Shown here: positions 60,670 to 64,000 of the stretch, piece after piece
Layout: every line of letters begins with the position of its first letter
Position numbering within the stretch: the first letter of the stretch is position 1
Source of the DNA: Lysobacterales bacterium
GTDB taxonomy: Bacteria > Pseudomonadota > Gammaproteobacteria > Xanthomonadales > Xanthomonadaceae
DNA length: 64,000 nucleotides
NCBI GenBank assembly: GCA_038323475.1
Contig: JBBQHA010000001.1
Location: 720-64,719 of the forward strand
Direction: 5' to 3'
The notes under the pieces: model-generated
What the model saw: the letters and a program-made list of their open reading frames with translations, nothing else
The model's database searches: none
What the model was told of the DNA's origin: nothing
Program-made: the position numbers and the translations under genes

Positions 60670-62958
60670 TCAGTTGGCGCGTTGGGCGACCTGGAGGATC
60701 TTCGGGGTGACGAAGATCAGCAGTTCGGCCTTGTCGCTGCTCTTGTGCTTGTTCCGGAACAGGTTGCCCAGGCCCGGCAGATCGCCGAAGAATGGCACCT
60801 TGGACAGGTCCTCGCGGGTCTTGAACTCGTACACGCCACCGATCACCACGGTCTGTCCGGAATCGACCAGCACCGCCGTATTGATTTCGCGCTTGGTGAT
60901 CTGCGGCACATCGCCGAAGTTCGCCACACTCAGGAACTTCACCAGCTCATCCTTCTTGACCGCCAGCGACATGTAGACGCGGTTGTCGTTGGTGATCGTC
61001 GGGGTGACCTTGAGCTCAAGCAACACGTCCTTGAACTGCACATTCGGGGTCGCGGGGCTGCCCGGCGCCGGCGCGGTGATCGTCACGTAGCCGATCTCGT
61101 CGCCCTGGCGGATCACGGCTTCCTTCTGGTTGCTGGTGATGACGCGCGGGTTCGAGATCACTTCGCCGCGGCCTTCGGTCTGCATCGCGGTCAATTCCAG
61201 ATCCAGGATGTGACCGCCATTCATGATCGTGAAGGCAAGCCCACCTGCCGCATTCGCGACGGGCAGATTCACGTTCAAGCCCCGGGTGATGGTGGGGTTC
61301 TGGAACACCGGAAGCGGTACGGTCGCCGGATTCACCGCAGCAGCGACGGCAGCCAGATACGCGGCTTGCGCGGCTGCATTGGAACGGTCCGTGGACAGGA
61401 CCGAATTGTTGCTCGCACTGGTAGCGTCAATATTGCCGCCGTAGCCCACCAGGCTGTGCGCACCGCTGTTGACGCCGTTCAGGCCGAGACGCGCACCGAG
61501 GTCGCGGGCGAAGGATTCCGAAGCGATCACGATCCGTGCCTCGATCAGCACTTGGTCAACCGGTCGATCCAGCAATGCGACCAGTTGCTTGATTTCGGCG
61601 ACCCTCTTCGGCAGGTCGATTACCAGCAAGGTATTGCTGCGACGGTCGAAGCTCACGCTGCCGCGCGGCGAGAGGAAGCCGCGCTGCTGGGCACCATTGC
61701 CGCCTGCATTGTTGCTGGTCTTGCTTTCATCCGTGAGCAGCTTCGCGATGTCTTCGGCATTGCCGTAATTGACCGGAATGTACTCGGTAACGGTTTCGGC
61801 GCGCTGTTCAATCGCGATGCGGGCGTCTTCCTTGGCCTGCTCGTAGTCGGCCAGTTCCTTCTGCGGGGCCACCCAGATCACGCCACCGTCCTGGCGCTTG
61901 TCAAGCGACTTGGCGCGCAGGACGATGTCCAACGCCTGGTCCCAAGGCACATTGATCAGGCGCAAGGTCACATTGCCCTGTACGGTATCCGCCGCAACGA
62001 CGTTGAGATTGGACTCCTCGGCGATCAGTTGCAGCACCGTGCGTACCGGAACGTCCTGGAAATTGAACGTGGCAGGCTTGCCCTTGTAGGTCACCTTGCC
62101 GATCGCACCGATGCGGCTGCTATCACCCGAATCCGCTCGATCGTTGCTGGCGCTCTTCTTCGGATTGATTTCGACGACATATTCGTTGCCGGTCTGGTAG
62201 GCCGACGAATCGAACGCACCGCTGGTGTTGATCGTCAACCGCGTACCGCCCGCCTGCGTGCGTGGGTCGATCGACTGCACCGGCGTGGCGAAGTCGCTGA
62301 CGTCCATATGTTTGGACAGGTTTGCCGGAATCATCGCGTTGCCGACATCCAAGACCACGCGCGAGCCTTCGGTGCGCATGTTGGCGTTGGCGCCATCACC
62401 GCTGAAGCGGATCACGACCCGGCCAGAGCCGTTCGGACCACGACGGAAGTCGATATTCGACACATTGAGCGCGCCGATGACCCGACGCGAAGGATCTGCG
62501 CTGTTCGCCAGCACCGGGCCCTTGACTGCCGATGCCGAGGCCATTCCAGGACCGGCCACCGACAACACAAGGCGATTGCCCTCAATGCGCGATTCGTAAG
62601 CTGCGGTCCGGAACAGGTCGACGACGACGCGCGTCCGCCCATTCGCCTCGGCAGCGGAAACCGCGCTTGCGGAACCATTGCCGATCGTCACCTTGCGCTC
62701 GGCCATCCCGTTATGGGTGTCGGGCAGATCGATGGCGATACGTGGCGGGTTATCGGTCGTGAAGACCTGTGCGTCCGCGATCGGATCGGCGAACTGCAGG
62801 GTGATGTCCACCCCGCCCTTCGCCCCCGGCGCGTGGCTGACCTGTTGCAGCGTATTCGACGCGAACGCGGGGAATGCGCTGCAGAGCAGCCAGACACCCA
62901 AGCCCAGCGCCGTAGCGCGCGACCGGTTGGTCCGGCGAATGACTTTGATTGCGCTCAT
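60670..62958 (-). CDS. pilQ: type IV pilus secretin PilQ
   Basis: 762 aa. Signal peptide, two AMIN-like N-domains, N0/N1 domains. Secretin core VIGGVYEFKTREDLSKVPFFGDLPGLGNLFRNKHKSSDKAELLIFVTPKI. Confidence 0.9.
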   Translation of the reverse strand: MSAIKVIRRTNRSRATALGLGVWLLCSAFPAFASNTLQQVSHAPGAKGGVDITLQFADPIADAQVFTTDNPPRIAIDLPDTHNGMAERKVTIGNGSASAVSAAEANGRTRVVVDLFRTAAYESRIEGNRLVLSVAGPGMASASAVKGPVLANSADPSRRVIGALNVSNIDFRRGPNGSGRVVIRFSGDGANANMRTEGSRVVLDVGNAMIPANLSKHMDVSDFATPVQSIDPRTQAGGTRLTINTSGAFDSSAYQTGNEYVVEINPKKSASNDRADSGDSSRIGAIGKVTYKGKPATFNFQDVPVRTVLQLIAEESNLNVVAADTVQGNVTLRLINVPWDQALDIVLRAKSLDKRQDGGVIWVAPQKELADYEQAKEDARIAIEQRAETVTEYIPVNYGNAEDIAKLLTDESKTSNNAGGNGAQQRGFLSPRGSVSFDRRSNTLLVIDLPKRVAEIKQLVALLDRPVDQVLIEARIVIASESFARDLGARLGLNGVNSGAHSLVGYGGNIDATSASNNSVLSTDRSNAAAQAAYLAAVAAAVNPATVPLPVFQNPTITRGLNVNLPVANAAGGLAFTIMNGGHILDLELTAMQTEGRGEVISNPRVITSNQKEAVIRQGDEIGYVTITAPAPGSPATPNVQFKDVLLELKVTPTITNDNRVYMSLAVKKDELVKFLSVANFGDVPQITKREINTAVLVDSGQTVVIGGVYEFKTREDLSKVPFFGDLPGLGNLFRNKHKSSDKAELLIFVTPKILQVAQRAN

Positions 62959-62973
62959 CTTGCTACTCCCCGA

Positions 62974-63507
62974 TCATTGATTTGGTAGTGCGATGGAAGC
63001 CGGGCGCTCGATCCAGCTACCTGCCCCATCCGGCACCAGTTCGGTGATATCGATCTTGGCCGGCCCCACTACTGTAACGCGACCATCGTTCTGCCCCATG
63101 TGATTGTTCGGGGTCACCCGATGCGTGACTTTGTCTGGCGACATCACCAGCCCCACGATGCTGCTCCCCCCGCCCAGCGTACCGACCATGACGAGGCTAT
63201 CCAGCGGATAGGCCTCAAGTGGCTCTTTGCGGCGATCCGGGTCGGGACGCGGCCCGGTGGATTTGTTACTCGTGTCCAGAGGCGGCGCGAACGGGTCGCG
63301 GAGCCCCTGGTCGTTGTAGATGAAGGTCTCGAAACGCTGCATCACCGGAACGGGCGGAAGCGGTGGCGCCGGCTTGGCCTTGACTTCGGCCACCCATTGC
63401 TCGAGGTCCTGGGTGCTGCGTCCGCAGCCAGCCAGTACCGAAACCGCGACCAGAACCGTTGCGCAACGCAATGCGAGCTTCAATGCAGACTCCCGATTGC
63501 CGACCAT
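62974..63507 (-). CDS. pilP: type IV pilus assembly lipoprotein PilP
   Basis: 177 aa. Lipobox VLAGC, Pro-rich linker. Conserved C-terminal beta domain (EAYPLDSLVMVGTLGGGSSIVGLVMSPDKVTHRVTPNNHMGQNDGRV). Sits between pilO and pilQ. Confidence 0.8.
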   Translation of the reverse strand: MVGNRESALKLALRCATVLVAVSVLAGCGRSTQDLEQWVAEVKAKPAPPLPPVPVMQRFETFIYNDQGLRDPFAPPLDTSNKSTGPRPDPDRRKEPLEAYPLDSLVMVGTLGGGSSIVGLVMSPDKVTHRVTPNNHMGQNDGRVTVVGPAKIDITELVPDGAGSWIERPASIALPNQ

Positions 63508-63508
63508 G

Positions 63509-64000
63509 TCATTTTCCTCCCGACGGCGGGGCTGCAGAAGGCGCCTGCGTAGGGGCAGCGGCGTCCTTCGCGGCGGTCTGCTGGGCGGCCAGTTCGGTAT
63601 CGTCGAGATAACGATACGTCTTTACTGTGCCTTCCAGGGTCAGACTGCCATCCGCTGTGATCTTGCCCGTCTTTTCAGTCGGCTTCAGCGAGATGTCGTG
63701 CATGGTCAGGATGACTACGCGCGGCAGGGAAGCTACGCCACTCATGAACGAGCCGAACTGGTGATAGGTACCCACCATCCGCAGCTGGATCGGCTTTTCC
63801 GCATAGAACTCCTGCGGTGTTTCGGGCCCTGGCTGGAACAGCTCGTTCACGATTCCGGTTGCCAGTGCGGTCTGCGAAATGTCGACGATCAAGTCGGGCA
63901 TTTCCGTCTTGCTGGGCAACTGGCGCATCATCTGCTGCAGCATCTCTTCCATCTGCGCAAGCTGGATCTTCAGCGGTTCCAGATTTGCAGCGCGGCCTTG
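63509..64000 (-). CDS. pilO: type IV pilus assembly protein PilO (partial; N-terminus beyond window end)
   Basis: The reading frame is open to the window edge. Sequence LPSKTEMPDLIVDISQTALATGIVNELFQPGPE...YAEKPIQLRMVGTYHQFGSFMSGVASLPRVVILTMHDISLKP is typical PilO. Confidence 0.75.
   Translation of the reverse strand, partial: QGRAANLEPLKIQLAQMEEMLQQMMRQLPSKTEMPDLIVDISQTALATGIVNELFQPGPETPQEFYAEKPIQLRMVGTYHQFGSFMSGVASLPRVVILTMHDISLKPTEKTGKITADGSLTLEGTVKTYRYLDDTELAAQQTAAKDAAAPTQAPSAAPPSGGK

Noticed and set aside
60682-62988. 768-aa plus-strand ORF.
   Set aside because: Antisense shadow of pilQ.

Overview
GC-rich chromosomal segment with strong GC3 bias. From gene content alone it looks like a Xanthomonadales/Lysobacterales-type gammaproteobacterium. 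A central-carbon backbone (class I fructose-bisphosphate aldolase, pyruvate kinase, phosphoglycerate kinase, GAPDH, transketolase) is interrupted by accessory blocks. (1) A DUF3857/transglutaminase plus Sel1-repeat pair sits divergent from two tandem TPR-sulfotransferases. (2) Three Crp/Fnr-family paralogs bracket a translationally coupled GT2 polysaccharide synthase and a predicted outer-membrane barrel; five copies of a 16-bp CRP-like box lie in the surrounding non-coding gaps. This is the most interesting candidate system. (3) A secreted/surface block holds an M4 protease, a YadA-type trimeric adhesin, a MalT-like LuxR regulator and a classical autotransporter. (4) A BlaI repressor is followed by two BlaR1(M56)-TonB_C sensors. 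(5) A MacB-type ABC exporter carries three tandem periplasmic adaptor genes. The window ends with a DAACS symporter, the MoxR-DUF58-DUF4381-BatA-BatB/C-BatD operon, a cNMP-binding EAL phosphodiesterase and pilO-pilP-pilQ. I recognised no rRNA, tRNA, CRISPR array, transposase or integrase. Many long ORFs in the track are shadow ORFs overlapping real genes in other frames or strands. All calls come from reading translated motifs and DNA by eye; no database search or computation was possible.
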